64,000 bases of DNA from Paraphysomonas bandaiensis (lineage: Eukaryota > Protista > Chrysophyceae), in NCBI GenBank assembly GCA_965644295.1, contig CBFFRP010000080.1:62001-126000 (forward strand), read 5' to 3'. Under the pieces are notes generated by a model, which saw nothing but the letters and a program-made list of their open reading frames with translations, was not told the DNA's origin and did no database searches. Positions 37,300 to 50,002 of the stretch are shown in pieces (positions within the stretch are counted from its first letter, which is position 1; the number at the start of each line of letters is the position of its first letter). Both the position numbers and the translations under genes were made by a program.

Positions 37300-37892
37300 G
37301 TACCCATAGGTATAGAGTATAGAGTATAGATTGTGGAAAGAAATATCATCAATTATCACCCAATCCGACCAGTCATATGCATTCCACGTTTGAGGTGATA
37401 CTTTGCGCTCAACATATTTATCAATCGCACCACCACCTCGCTGGGCAGCCAAAACTTTATCTTTCCATCCCTCGTGTTTGATGGCATGCTGCGATAAGTT
37501 GCGCCCCCCATAACCCTTCTTTTGCTTCAGAACACCTTTTCCTACAGGCAGGACATTCCCGGAATTGCCAAGTCTCTATTGCAACCTCTTTGCTATTATT
37601 ATTTATTTTCTCAAAAAGAACACTCGTGCAATGACTTCTGGTACCAGTTTATCGCACATATCGCCAATTAATTATCTGAACTATTATGCAAGATAATCCT
37701 GTTATGGATATTTAGTCTTTCATCAATCTTCGATTTTCATCATAAAAATTGTTTTTCTCAATAAAAAAGCCGCTTTTTTAGCAACTTTCAGTGTAAAGAT
37801 ATAGCATTTTTTGATCAATTAATTGAAGCAAGCTGGAGTAAATTATAATTGCAATTATGAATTTATTGACAATTAATTGATATGCAGCCCTG
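37300..37892 (-). mobile_element. One-ended hAT-family remnant: TIR, subterminal region and decayed transposase N-terminus
   Basis: Ends caattaattgatatgcagccctg. 37575-37892 is the reverse complement of 58640-59080. The minus strand shows NLSQHAIKH and NAYDWSDWVI-like transposase residues. Confidence 0.7.
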
Positions 37893-38032
37893 ATAGATTG
37901 TATATAGGAAGCTAACTCAAATGAAGGAGTTCAATACACTAAACGTATGTCCACCCCAAACACAATTATCTAATTATTACAGGGGTAATCACCGCGACAA
38001 GCATCCACTACAACACGCACACAACAATATAT

Positions 38033-39223
38033 CTACACCACAAAGTTTTCACTTTCAAGAACTCCCGGTTCCAATTGAAGTGGATACATGGGTTCAAGCG
38101 GAATATTAGAGCTAGGAAATAAACAGTAATACCAAGGAGAGTTCCCAAACACGCGCTTGATATTTTTTCTCCATCCTAAGTCAAAAGGATTCTTGTATAA
38201 TATTCCTGAACTTCGCGCAGCAGATCTATTTTCGTAGTTTATATAAAACTCTATAGTCGTCTAAACAGGAACAGTGAGTAATTGATTTGGCATGGCACGG
38301 AATAGGACACACCTGATTGGTAAGAATGAGGTATATATGCCACCCCAGTAAAATTCCTACGGCCAAGGCTGCAGACAAGGCAACAGTGAAGGTGAGTATA
38401 ACAGCTTCGTCCACGTCAATGCCACCATACAAAGCCTGCCTCCTAATATAATTTCAGACAATACAAACTACGATATGCAAGTCGCCACACCTTTGAGCCG
38501 GAGTCAGCTCTAGCACCCAGCTGCTGCACACGACTAAGATATACACGCAACCCACAAACAAATAGGCCATGAAGAGAACGAAGTACTTATAATTATAGTA
38601 GCCGATACAATTGTTCATCCAAGGACAGAAATGATCCATTTCATAAACACACTTGCCAGTGATCGAGTCATGATGTGCCCGGGGAGGCTTCACACATCGA
38701 CAGTGTCGGCAGAGCTTATACGACACACCGGGATATATCACAGTTTCACGCTTAATTTGGTGCATTGTTTTACTTTCAACAACTATAACTTTCTGGCCCA
38801 ATATTTTCCCGGGATCACGGCACCGCTTCGGCGATCCCTGATATGAGTTACACCGGGAACACATATTCACTCAAGTGTGTCTTACCGCAGCAGTAAATGC
38901 GCAGGACACCAAGTTAAACAATATATTAGTGGCTAGATATACCCCGCATAAAAAGTGCACAGCATACTAACGACAGTGTTACACTGGAGGTGAAGTATGT
39001 ACAGCACGGCACGTACCGATAGGCTTGAGCCGGAAGAAATAGTGGGCAATAAAAATACAAAGAAGATATAAGTGACGCCCAGTATCAAAACAAGAGCAGT
39101 GCTCAATAAAATCGGACCCAATATTTTCGACACTCCGAAAAGAAACACAAACGACACTATTTTCTGCACTGGCACCAACAAGCCGAACCACTGATTCGAC
39201 TGTAGGCACTCAAAGTATGACAT
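38033..39223 (-). CDS. DHHC-family palmitoyltransferase (ZDHHC16-like), DHFC variant, multi-exon
   Basis: CRHCRCVKPPRAHHDSITGKCVYEMDHFCPWMNNCIGYYNYKYF, ILTNQ/TTIE, NPFDLGWRKN and four TM segments. Confidence 0.9.
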
Positions 39224-41124
39224 ATGTGAGAAATACGACGAGCGAGGACGATGAGTGTCTGGCGGACTGAGCCGTTCTCTCAATTAAGTGAGTAGTGAGA
39301 GCTACCTGCTTGTTCAGTTGCAGCCACACTCCCCACAACTTGACTGCGTGTGTATTCCATATTGCTGTATACTTCGTACAGTGGCTGGCCCCTACAAGGA
39401 CCTGAAATGGGCGCACCTTGTGGGGGCCAGGCACTGTATAGGCAGACGGACACGACTGTATACCCCGTATACCGAATACTGTGGAATATACACCACTGTA
39501 TACTGCTGTAGACGTCAGTCCCAGCCATGCCATGCCATGCTCTCTGTATCAGCCCATACGGACATACAGACATCAGGGGGAGCAGGTTAGGTCAGGTCAG
39601 TATGGGATGGTTTGTCATAACTGGCCGGATATCTTTCGGTATAATTAACATGAACAAACACCCAATGCCTTGGTACAATCTAATTGGTAGAAGAACTCGT
39701 CTCATGCGCTATGATAACCTCATCATCCTCGTTGGTATGACGCAGTGAGGCAGAAGCGAATGAGTCTTGTCCTCATTGTTATATGGACATCAAGTTGGCG
39801 AATAAACGTACATGCAACAGCAGCTCTACTAAAGTTAATTTATCACCGTGAGTAAGTCCAAGTCACTGAATATGAAAGTTATTTTCGTTGGGAAATAAAT
39901 TCTCTGAATGAGGCGAGGGAGCATCAACTGTGGCAGCATGTGATGAAATACATCGTATTATAAAGTTAAAGTATTTATTGGTGAACCGACTAGAAACAAT
40001 ACACCTAAACTAGCTAGGTAATCATTGTTTAGCACCGTAGTGAGTTTGGTGATCATGTGATCTTAATGACTAGATATGGAATATACAGAAGTATGGTTTT
40101 ATGAAACAATATTTTTACATTAGTATTGTTGAATCGGTTAGAATTACAATTGCACTAATATTTGTAAGGGGACACTAGCGTACAATACTATTATTATATT
40201 CCTCCTCAAAGTAGGTCGTTATTCGTATACCCAGCAAACGATGGTAAAGGTCGTTGAGTTTGTACTAGCTCAAATATTAAAAAGAACGGCTGTTTGAGAG
40301 CTATAAAAAGTTGTAGTTCAAAGGTATATGAATTATGGCTGTTAATGAAAGAATACAGAAGTGGTTAACTGTATTGTTAGAATTGAAGTCATGATAGTAA
40401 TCATAGTAGTGAAACTGAAATATATATTGACCTTATTAGATCGTGATATATGTAAAGTTGTATGAAAAATGATTGGTAGCGGAGACAACATAAATTTAGC
40501 GATTGACAGTTAATGACAATTGAATTTGATCATAATTTTACTATAAGTTTATAATTTACAATCTCAGCTTAGATTGAAAGTCTTGTTGAGTGATGTCATT
40601 TCTAACATAGAACATACGTATATTAAGCTACAAGATACAAATATATATATGACATATGACTATAGTATAATGAACTAAATTCACATCGATGATACGAAAG
40701 TATTTCTCCATGTGGTACATAACATATATACTATATACAACAGTATAAGGTATAAGTGAGTATTGAAGTAGCAGGGCTGCGTACCAATTAATTGAAGAAG
40801 TCGCTAAGACAGTACAACAATACGTATACGAACAAATGTTATTTAGAGCACTAATGAATAGGGCGTCACATAAGTTTTCGAGCTTATGGGTGCATTGTGT
40901 ATTGTTTACTTACTAAACTAATCATCTAAGCACACAATTCACTGTAAATGCTCTTGAGATGTGAATATCAAAGCGCAGTTTATAGAAATGATTATTCAAG
41001 TGAGCCAGAAGCAAATTACATATGCTTACACGATTCCTCCGACGCAAAAATCCCATTAAAAAACATTACCAAGCCGTACTTAACAAATATCCACAAACAA
41101 CAAGCACTTGTATAGCAATATGTG

Positions 41125-43771
41125 TTATGAAGATATAAATTGCACCAGTTTTCTTGCGGTAGATCTTCGTTTGGAATCATTCGTAGTTGGAGAAAACGTA
41201 AGGTTAGCTTCTCTCTCCTCATCTATTTCTGTGGACGCTCTACTCTTCCTGGCCGGAAGATCGTGTAGATGAAATGGCTAATATAAAATCAATGTAACGA
41301 AAGAGTACTTCAGCCTCTACGACAGTTTGCTTACCTCAACAATAGTTCTTCCGTCCGCTCTGCTTCGATACTTGTCCGCATTCTTCACGCGAAATGCCTC
41401 CGCCTCCCTTTGTGCAGCAATTTCCTTCTGTCTCTGGAGAAGATTCCTGAGCTCAAAGTGCCTTCCAAGACCCCTTACTACTACGGGTTTGGAACTATTA
41501 GACTTTATAGTGGTATTAATCTGTGGTTTAAATGTGCATTCCTTGAGCTCTTCAATCTCCTTGGCTATTAATTCCTGTCTCCTCTTTTCTTCACGCTCCA
41601 TCTGAGCGTACCGAATATCCCGTGCCATCCTTTCCGGTTCTCGCATATTTATACTTCCTGCTCGGGACAACCCTGAAAACTCTCCTCCATCATCGTCTAG
41701 ATTAGACAGAGGACAGCCTACATCTTCCCATGCTACGTGTGGTGAAAAAAGATTGTTCCTCGAAGACCGTCCAGAGGCGCGCATTTGTTTGCGAAAACTG
41801 TCCTGAGAAGCTTTGATATGAGGACGAAATGAACACTCTGCACTTTCCTGCTGTTCCACCCGCCGTCGAACTGAATCTTTTACACGTCGTCCACGCCGAT
41901 TCTCAACCAGTTCCTCGATCCCTGCCGATCTCCCCAGTGCTCTGGACACGGGGTCGATATCTGGAACAAAACTAATTGCCCCATATATCTCCTCTTCTTT
42001 CCGTCGGCGGTTGAGGTCAATATTTTCTGCATCTTCCTGATGAAGGCGCCGCACGCGTTCTTCTTCCGATTCTTCCAACATTTTCGGACGTCGAGAAGAG
42101 AGAATATCTTCAGTTTTCGCCGCCAGCTCTGGCCTAAACCACGACCCACACTCCTTCTCTATCATCTCTCTGGCTTCTTCTACACCACCCCGGACGCGTT
42201 CACAGTACACCCTTTGCCGTTCCATGAACCCTACCCCCCCTAACGCCGGGTTGTTCTGTAAAATGGAGGATGATCCTCGACATGGTTTCGGATCTTTGGT
42301 TCCTTGTGCCATTTCTTTTTCACGTTCCTCTAAGAGCTTATATCGTCTCTCCTGCTGTGCTCTCGCCTCTCCCATCAGGCGTGATCCAACATCAACGCTA
42401 TCCGAATCTTCCATTTTTCGTTTGTCTTCCACCATACGACGACTGCGAGGATTTATCTCTGGATTGAATGTGTTTCTGTCTGCCTGAGCATGTTCATGAC
42501 ACTCCAGTAGAATCTGTCTATTTATTGCTGCTTCTCTCTGCAGGTCTCCTACCCGTTCATGTATTGGAACTCTTTCTTCATCGGCTGACTGTACCATTGC
42601 CCTGGTACCCGGATTGATTGATGGTTGAAAGGTTAAATCTGCTCGTCTCGCAGCTTCCAGCTTCTGCCCTACAACTCTCTGCTGCTCGGCGCGCTTCTCT
42701 GCATATCGGTAAAGCCTATCGGCAGCTCTACCCTCTTCTGCGCGTGTCTCGGTCTCACCACTAGCCCGTAGTATATCATCTGCTGCATCTGATATTCGTG
42801 GTTTGAAGGTACACGTCTGCTCTACCTCAGCACGCTCAAGTTCCACACGCAATTTGTCACGACGCTGAACTGACTGTTCATGCGCCCGCAGCATTGCGTC
42901 GATACGACCAATCGTGCGGCTACGAGAACTCGCTTCTGGTTGTTTGGAATTGTCATCTCTTGTCGCTAGACACGGACGAAACGTGTGCTTTTTAGCAAAC
43001 TCACGCTCAGCCTCCTCCACAATCTCCTCTCGAGTCTTTAGGTATTGTCGCCCTCTTCCAGGGCGAGTACCCGCCATACCGACTCTTCGTTTGCCTCCAG
43101 ATGCTGGTCTACGGGTTGCCGACGTAGATGCAGATCGTGTGCGCTGGACATGCCTATCCGCCCCTCGGACTGTGGGTGGACTGGTGCTTTTGCTGCGAAA
43201 GTTCCCCCCAGTGTGCCCAGACGCTTCAACCCAGTCAGAATGGTCTTTGTTCGGGGTAATGTCGCTTGCAAAAAAGAGTGTATCCTGAAGTCCTGTGTTT
43301 TCAGATCTTGATACTCCAAAGCTTGAAGAATTCACCACATTCGGAGTGGACGATGCGCTACTTGTGCCCCTATAAGTTTCGTAGTTTTGATGTGCATCAG
43401 TAGACGACGGTGATGAGGATTCGCTTTTCGATTTTGAACCGTGCTCTGCAAGAAGGCGACGCAGGAGCTTCTCTCTCTCGACAGGGTCACTGTACCGGCT
43501 CGTCGAAGAGGTTGGTGTGTGTTGGACACCACTCTGCGGAGAGATCTTCTCATCACTGTAGAGGCTATGGGCTCTCTGTAAGTGCGTCACATACATGCGT
43601 TAGAGGGCGATAGTGATCACTGAATATGACTCAAACCTTATCACCGGTAGACTCTCTGTCATCCTTTATCCGTGTCGCTTCCCTCGTCCTGAGAACCTCT
43701 TGTCTCAGGTATCTCTCCGCCTCATCGATCTCCTCCTGCAGCTGATCGAAGTTGATACTCCCGTTATCCAT
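41125..43771 (-). CDS. Charged coiled-coil protein with ~9 [CHLN]TFxP repeats, 3 exons
   Basis: 759-codon central exon. Repeats HTFRP, CTFKP, LTFQP, NTFNP, SWFRP, ISFVP, CSFRP, CTFKP and LTFSP (last exon). Exon 1 from ATG 43771 is inferred. Confidence 0.75.
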
Positions 43772-44689
43772 CTCCAACAAGATACACAGAATGTGATTGG
43801 TTTAGTGGTGAGTAGTTGTGGTTAGCATTCCACAGGCATGTACACGAGTGTGTGTTATTCTTAGGCCTCAACTTATTTGAAATCATATCTCACACCAAAC
43901 CAACACACACGTATAAACAACCCCACACATACTCTGTACAAGCACACGCCTACGCCTCCTACCTATCACGCCTCCTACCCTGCTGCTGTATACGGCGGCA
44001 TACAGCAGAAATATGTGCAAACGGTCAGATCAGGCGGTGTGGTGTACAGTGTACTACGAGGACGTATACAGCAGTATACCAGTGGTACACTTCAGACTCA
44101 CATACCGTATTTTAGTGTATTCCTTATTGTTGAAATCTGAATATCTGTCTGTTGCACTTTTATTTTGAAGAGTTAAGTTAAGAACTTGTTAAGTTAAGTT
44201 GTGTCATTTCTAGATTCGGGTGTTGAAAGTTTTAAAACTACATATGACAGTATTCATATAAACATTTATAAAAGTGCGAAATTCGTAAAAATTATTTCGA
44301 AGAGTGTGTATTCCTCTCACACTCACAGGTTTTCTCACTTTTTGGCCAAGTGAGGAAAAAAAGGAATATACTCATCATAAAAATGCTGAGGTTTTCCTAA
44401 TAAATTTCCTAATTTTTTTTTGGGAAAACCCACTCCCAGACTTTGGAGGAGAGTACAGGCCAGAGTACAGCATTGTATCCACTCTGTACACTGCTGTATG
44501 ACAGCCAGGCAGCACATCACCTCAGAGGACCTGCCTGTCTCGCTCGGGATACGCACGCTCTCAGCTCATAAGCAGCCAACTTAAAAATTTTAGCTGTGTT
44601 CTGAGAAGAGAAAGTTTCATCTTGAAGCAGAAGGTAACGCAACACGGATCGACCGGCTTCTCATACGTGTATTCAGAGTGATCACAGCG

Positions 44690-46654
44690 ATGGATGCTAG
44701 TTTGCTGTCATACACATCCACGCCATCCGGTGTGGTTCTATCGACTCCTCTCGGGCCTGTTAGGTTCGATAATGATGTCTTTATGGTGTACAAGTATTTG
44801 TTTGAGGTTCTGGATATTGACGATGACGGGCGCATATGTTTTAATCAGTGCTTGTTCATACTCATGCGCACTAACTTGCCTAAGGTCAGTCTAGCGATTG
44901 TTCTTTGCTCAACTATGACGTATTCTTTTTCTAGGGTACTTTGCTGAGAGCGTGGGGAAATATCTGTGCCCATAAAGATGAGGATATTGTGTTGGAACAG
45001 TGGCTTGTACTCTGTAAAGTGTTGTCTTACAATCAAGCCAATAGAAACAATTCTGACGTAGAAATTAGAGAGGTTTTAATGTGTCAAACTGTCCCTCTTC
45101 TGCAGCTGAATTTGTCAATAACTTTGGAAGCATTAGAATTACCACGGCGACTAAACCCGGCTGGTGCCCTGGATATTGATGTGATAGGGTGGTGCGAGGT
45201 AGGAGAAGGCATGAATAAACACGTGGAGTACACTGTGCGCTACGTGACATCACTCTCCTGCTTTTCTCACTCTGAATGGGAAGTAAGGCGGCGTTATAGT
45301 GATTTTAAACTTCTATATGATAAACTTGAGCGATATGAGGGTTCTCTGGTTCCACCGCTTCCGCCAAAGCAGATGCTGCATAGTTTGAATCATGATCTCC
45401 CTGCCCAGCGCTCACAAGAGTTGTCACTTTTTCTACGGAATCTCGCCCGCCACCCGGTACTCTACGGCTCCTATGAGCTGAAGATATTCCTTGAAGCTTC
45501 TGAGGGAGGGTTCGCCGCCTACAAAAGTCTGCTCAAGAAGATTGCTGAAGTCGAAGCCAAGGTATTGTGATTTACTGAACGCACAGTAGTTTTCTGAATG
45601 TACACCTTTGCACAGGAGACATCGACGTCTGGCTTATCTCCCTCAAGCGTATCTAATGGGTCCAGTGCAGTTGCTGCTGCTGGCGCCCTTGCGGCGGGTT
45701 ATGCATGGAGCGTGTGGTCGTCTGTTAACCGGTATATTGCTCGGCCGTCTGCTGCGGCCCCTCTGCCATGTGTCGACGACGAGTTGGAGGGAAGTTTCAC
45801 TCGCCTATCTGGTTTACTGTCGGCACTTGGAACTGCCACATGTAGGATGGGTACTCTCATTGATTGTGACAAGAGGAGGTGTCATGAGCTCTCACGCATC
45901 AGCTGCCATTTGCGACAGGCAGGAGAGCTAGATGGAAATCGCCGGTTTGATAGTTGTGCCATTGCAACGGCCAAGTGCGTCGACGTACTCTTACTTACTG
46001 GTCCCAACAGTTTAGACCTTCAGTCGCTAGAGATATATTTTCATCTTCAAAACCTTGCTAGATTTCAAGAAGTACTTAAGAACAACAGCAGTAGGCGGGA
46101 TGGTGCACGGACGGCAGTGGTGGACGCGCAAAGGCGCGTGGAGGAGAGCAGGAAATCACTTGCAGCTGCAAAAGCTGGGACCAATTCTGGAGCAGATGAA
46201 GTGTTGAAAGAAGAGGAACTTCAGGAGGCCAAAGATGCTCTCCGGAGAGAGGAGAAAAAGTGCACTGATATGGATACTGCCACCAAGGTAGTGATTATTT
46301 TTATTTGGCCTCTTCTCACCTAATTCATTTCGCAGCACGATCTCAAGTGGCTTGAGAGAGTTACGAAATTTGAGCTTCAGGTACTTTTATCCCCATGGTA
46401 GTAGCTTTCTTTTTATTTCATTGCAAACAGGGACGAGTTTTAGGCTTTGTTCAAATGCGTGCCGCGTCTGCTCAGAGAGAGGCCGAGGTATGGGAAAGTC
46501 TAGCATATGAGCTCAAGGAGGGAACCTCTCGACCTGTACCCTACGCTGAGGAAGAGGTGAGTATAGAAATATTTTATGATTTTTTCTGATTTCTGACGAC
46601 AACTCTCTACCGTAGGACGATGGGAATTCGATGTTGACTGGGCATTTTTTGTAA
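44690..46654 (+). CDS. Sorting nexin with N-terminal EH/EF-hand, PX and BAR-like domains, multi-exon
   Basis: YKYLFEVLDIDDDGRI..MRTNLPK..LLRAW (EH-like). KHVEYTV..VRRRYSDF..VPPLPPKQ..R..L..FL..LARHPVL (PX). Helical C-terminal half. Confidence 0.85.
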
Positions 46655-47227
46655 TCTATATTAATAGCATGTATATATATTTAATAGCACGTTGCGGATT
46701 CGTACGTAGTTCGTCGATGAATTTTATTCTATTTTGTTGCGTATCATCAATATAAGTTTCCTATCATCAGTTGGCTTTAGCGAACTTCTTCACATCTCAT
46801 CGTATTTCGGCATCTCTATTACTACCACGTGACGATCATCATCTGCTCGCCGCATCACTGAAGAATAGCCCCCAACAGTATCACGGGATTTATATTATTG
46901 GACCTATTCGAAGTGGCTCGCCAGCATAAATCATGGGGTTGGCCTCATCAGAATAGTAAATGATTCAAACTAGTACTTTTTTTGTTAATAATCTACTCGT
47001 TATTAGTCATATGTTGTAAGTTGTAATATTCAAGCATTTAGCTTAGGTGATGTTTTCAGTGATCATAATAGGGAACGGAAAAAAGGCAGTGAAAGGTCGA
47101 TATGACTGAAGTGTGTTAACAATTTCACTGCACATTGAATTAGCAGCTAAGATTCAAATGTAAACGGGACTTACTTTCAGTGTTGCGATGCATAAAATAC
47201 AAAACAAAAAGTTATTGTAGCAAGTAG

Positions 47228-47515
47228 TTAGACCTTTTCGTGGTGTTCTCTGGGGGATAAAAGTACCGGAGAGATTTCTTCGGACTAACATAAGCCGCAT
47301 AAATGGTCAGCAGGTATTTTCTGTCTATTCATCTATTCATAGCCTAGTGCTTGTGTACACGTCTTGGGCCCTGACGAATAAACAGGCATCCGGGAAGGGT
47401 CCCACCTCAAGGGCTCCTGGGTATTGAGCTGTCTGCTGAAGTCGACCATCCGGGGATAAGTGCACCTCTTATAAGGACTCAGAAATCCTGAAATTAGAAG
47501 CAAATGTCAACATTA
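47228..47515 (+). mobile_element. Head/body portion of the SINE-like element, plus strand
   Basis: accttttcgtggtgttc..gggccctgacgaataaacaggcatc..ctgctgaagtc..aaggactcagaaatcctgaa matches the reverse complement of 36550-36830 and 47700-47975. Confidence 0.8.
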
Positions 47516-47533
47516 AGTAGATAATACCGCTCA

Positions 47534-47996
47534 TAGTCCTGAATGTCTTATTACTAGCAATAGGCGGTTAACTAACTAGTGCTTAACTCTGATATCCTAC
47601 TATTAAACGCTACCAAAGCTGTTTGTGAATCTCACCGCATGCACCAAACTGCAACCACTTTCGCACTCAAAGCACACGCAGTAAGCAAGCAGAATGACAT
47701 CTACTGACTTCAGGATATTTGAGTTCTGATATATGGTTGAATTCAGTTGAGGCAGCCCACAATACTCTTGATGCACTTTTGAGGGTGGGCCCATTCCCTG
47801 ATGCCTGTTTATTCGTCAGGGCCCAAAGACGTCTACACAAATGACACTTGTATTTTCGTGACCCTTAGGCTATTAGTGAGCAGAAAATTATCTGCTGTCT
47901 ATGTTTGCGGCTTGTGTTAGTTCCCGGAAAATCCTCTCCGATACTTTCTTTCAGAACACAACGAAAAGGTGCGAGTACGACTTTGTGTGAGGGCAC
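47534..47996 (-). mobile_element. Full-length ~465-bp SINE-like element with the SET-LINE 3' tail
   Basis: Same head, body and tail as 36376-36845. Ends cgcctattgctagtaataagacattcaggacta. Flanked by taccgctca (47525-47533) and tatcgctca (47997-48005). Confidence 0.85.
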
Positions 47997-50002
47997 TATC
48001 GCTCAGAATAGATATTATTATAGTGTGGTGCTCCCTTAACTACTAATTTAGTTAAATAACAGTCTACGAATCGTAATTACACTTTATCATTCTTTTCGCT
48101 CTCGACTGAAACATCAGGATCTTCTCTTGACAGAAAGGTGTTAGCACCTCATAATATATTATGAGTCCAACTACCGCTGCTTGCTTCATGTCGAAGTACA
48201 ATCTAGTGTCGTTGAGAGGCTCGTTTTAGTTGTGCAAAGTTGATTATATATGACACCTGAGCGTAAAAACGTGGATCGATATCGTCGTCTAGAATCACTG
48301 CTATTCCTACGTGCCAAATACATATTATACTATGGTGACCTCGCGCTGTCAAGACCACGCTATATATGCGAAATCAGTTTCTTCACTTTCGTCGTCGTTA
48401 TTTCGGTTGGATACATGAACATCAATAGATTAATCCAGTTGCAGAATTCAGTTATAAACAAAATAATATTCTTCACACAATTAATATCTTCATAGTTTTA
48501 CAGTAATTATTGTGCATAATATTTAAACCCTTTTCTTTATTTCACCAAGTTTTATACTTTTCACCAGGTTTTGGTATTACATTGACATCATGTCTAACTT
48601 ATATAACAACGAGCAAAACGATGCCACAAAAAGTAGTAGCTGTAGAATTGTATGAACATTATATTGCTTAACATTATTGTTTAGAGTTTCTTCGGAGTAT
48701 ATATAGTAGAGGAAATATTATATATATATTGAAAACACTAAAAACTCTCTATAATATAGCACATATATAATATATATAATATATATGTCAAGTACCAGTA
48801 AAAGCCATTAATGGCCCAACAATGGGTGCCCAGAGTTCCCGCAATAATATGCCATTAATGAAAAATTTCACTGCTATTATAATCACATTACCATTAATGG
48901 ACCTTAACGCCGTTGCCATGTTAATCGTTACCAGGCCCTGCTATATAATATATAGTTAGAACTTATATTATTGTAGTTAGAACTTAGATTGAGTAAAAAC
49001 TGAAATTAATGATGTATATAGTAGCCGTGTAAGGGTCAATTAATAAGAACATCTGACCATATCTGAAAAATGGTGTCTGATCAAAAGTCGAGGTGATACC
49101 AAAACCTGACAAAGTGTTACTTTTTGTGCGCAGTTATACCCTCTTCCTACCACCATCAAAAATTTCACCAGCTTTTATACATTACACCAGGTTTTGGTAT
49201 TAGCCCGATTTCAGGATCTAGAGAATATATTATGGTTATGTAGCATGAATGTGGTGATAATGTGTGCAGTGAATATAAGCGATATTGCTAAGTTATTATA
49301 ACCCTATAATATAGTAATTGCGCGTTGTGAGTAGTTGGTAAAGTCTAAAACCTATATGTTAAAATCTAACAGAGAACAGAGTCCATCCATCGCCCACTCA
49401 TGTCGTCTACAGGCCATCTCTTCTCTCAAAACAGATATAAGTGCTGAATTTTAATTTAAAGAGTCAGTGATGGTTAGAGGATATTATCTGGAGTCAATTA
49501 TAATTGGCAATTAATTGATACGCATCTCTGGTACATACGGTATCAAATCTTAACATAATAAATATAACAGATTGGATGGTAATTGCTCTCAAACAGCAAA
49601 AACTCAAGATACAGACGTTCATGGTGGAGAGATATTGTATTATATTTCTACATATTATTACTACTCATAGCATTATAAGCACCTTAGTACAGTATGTCTT
49701 ATGTATGTGGTTTGGGAGGGTCCATTCAAAATCAAGCCTAAGACAAATATGCATCTCCTGCACATATCCAAAAGTCTTGTCCATTGTACATAACTAATTT
49801 TCATACGTCCATACTATATTCACTTTTACAGTGTGTGTTAGTATACAAGGAGTTTGCATTCAGTTTTAGTGTGAAAAAGGTACGCTTTAGTCCATGCCTA
49901 CTATTGATCCTGAGATCAGAATATACAATAGATATGATATGACGATTATAGTACGCATTATAACTATAGGTGTAATATTTATCAACGACAGTACATTTAC
50001 AG

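Noticed and set aside
47228-47300. Possible HDV-like ribozyme in the SINE head (acc-ttttcgt-ggt, then a hairpin and ctaa)
   Set aside because: No consistent P1/P2 pairing across copies, and the loop lacks the CC needed for P1.1. It reads better as a simple hairpin. An RNArobo/Infernal scan of the consensus would settle it.
47366-47403. CTGACGA hammerhead-like core
   Set aside because: No following stem II-GAAA or stem III-UH, and the motif is not kept in the 36376-36845 copy.
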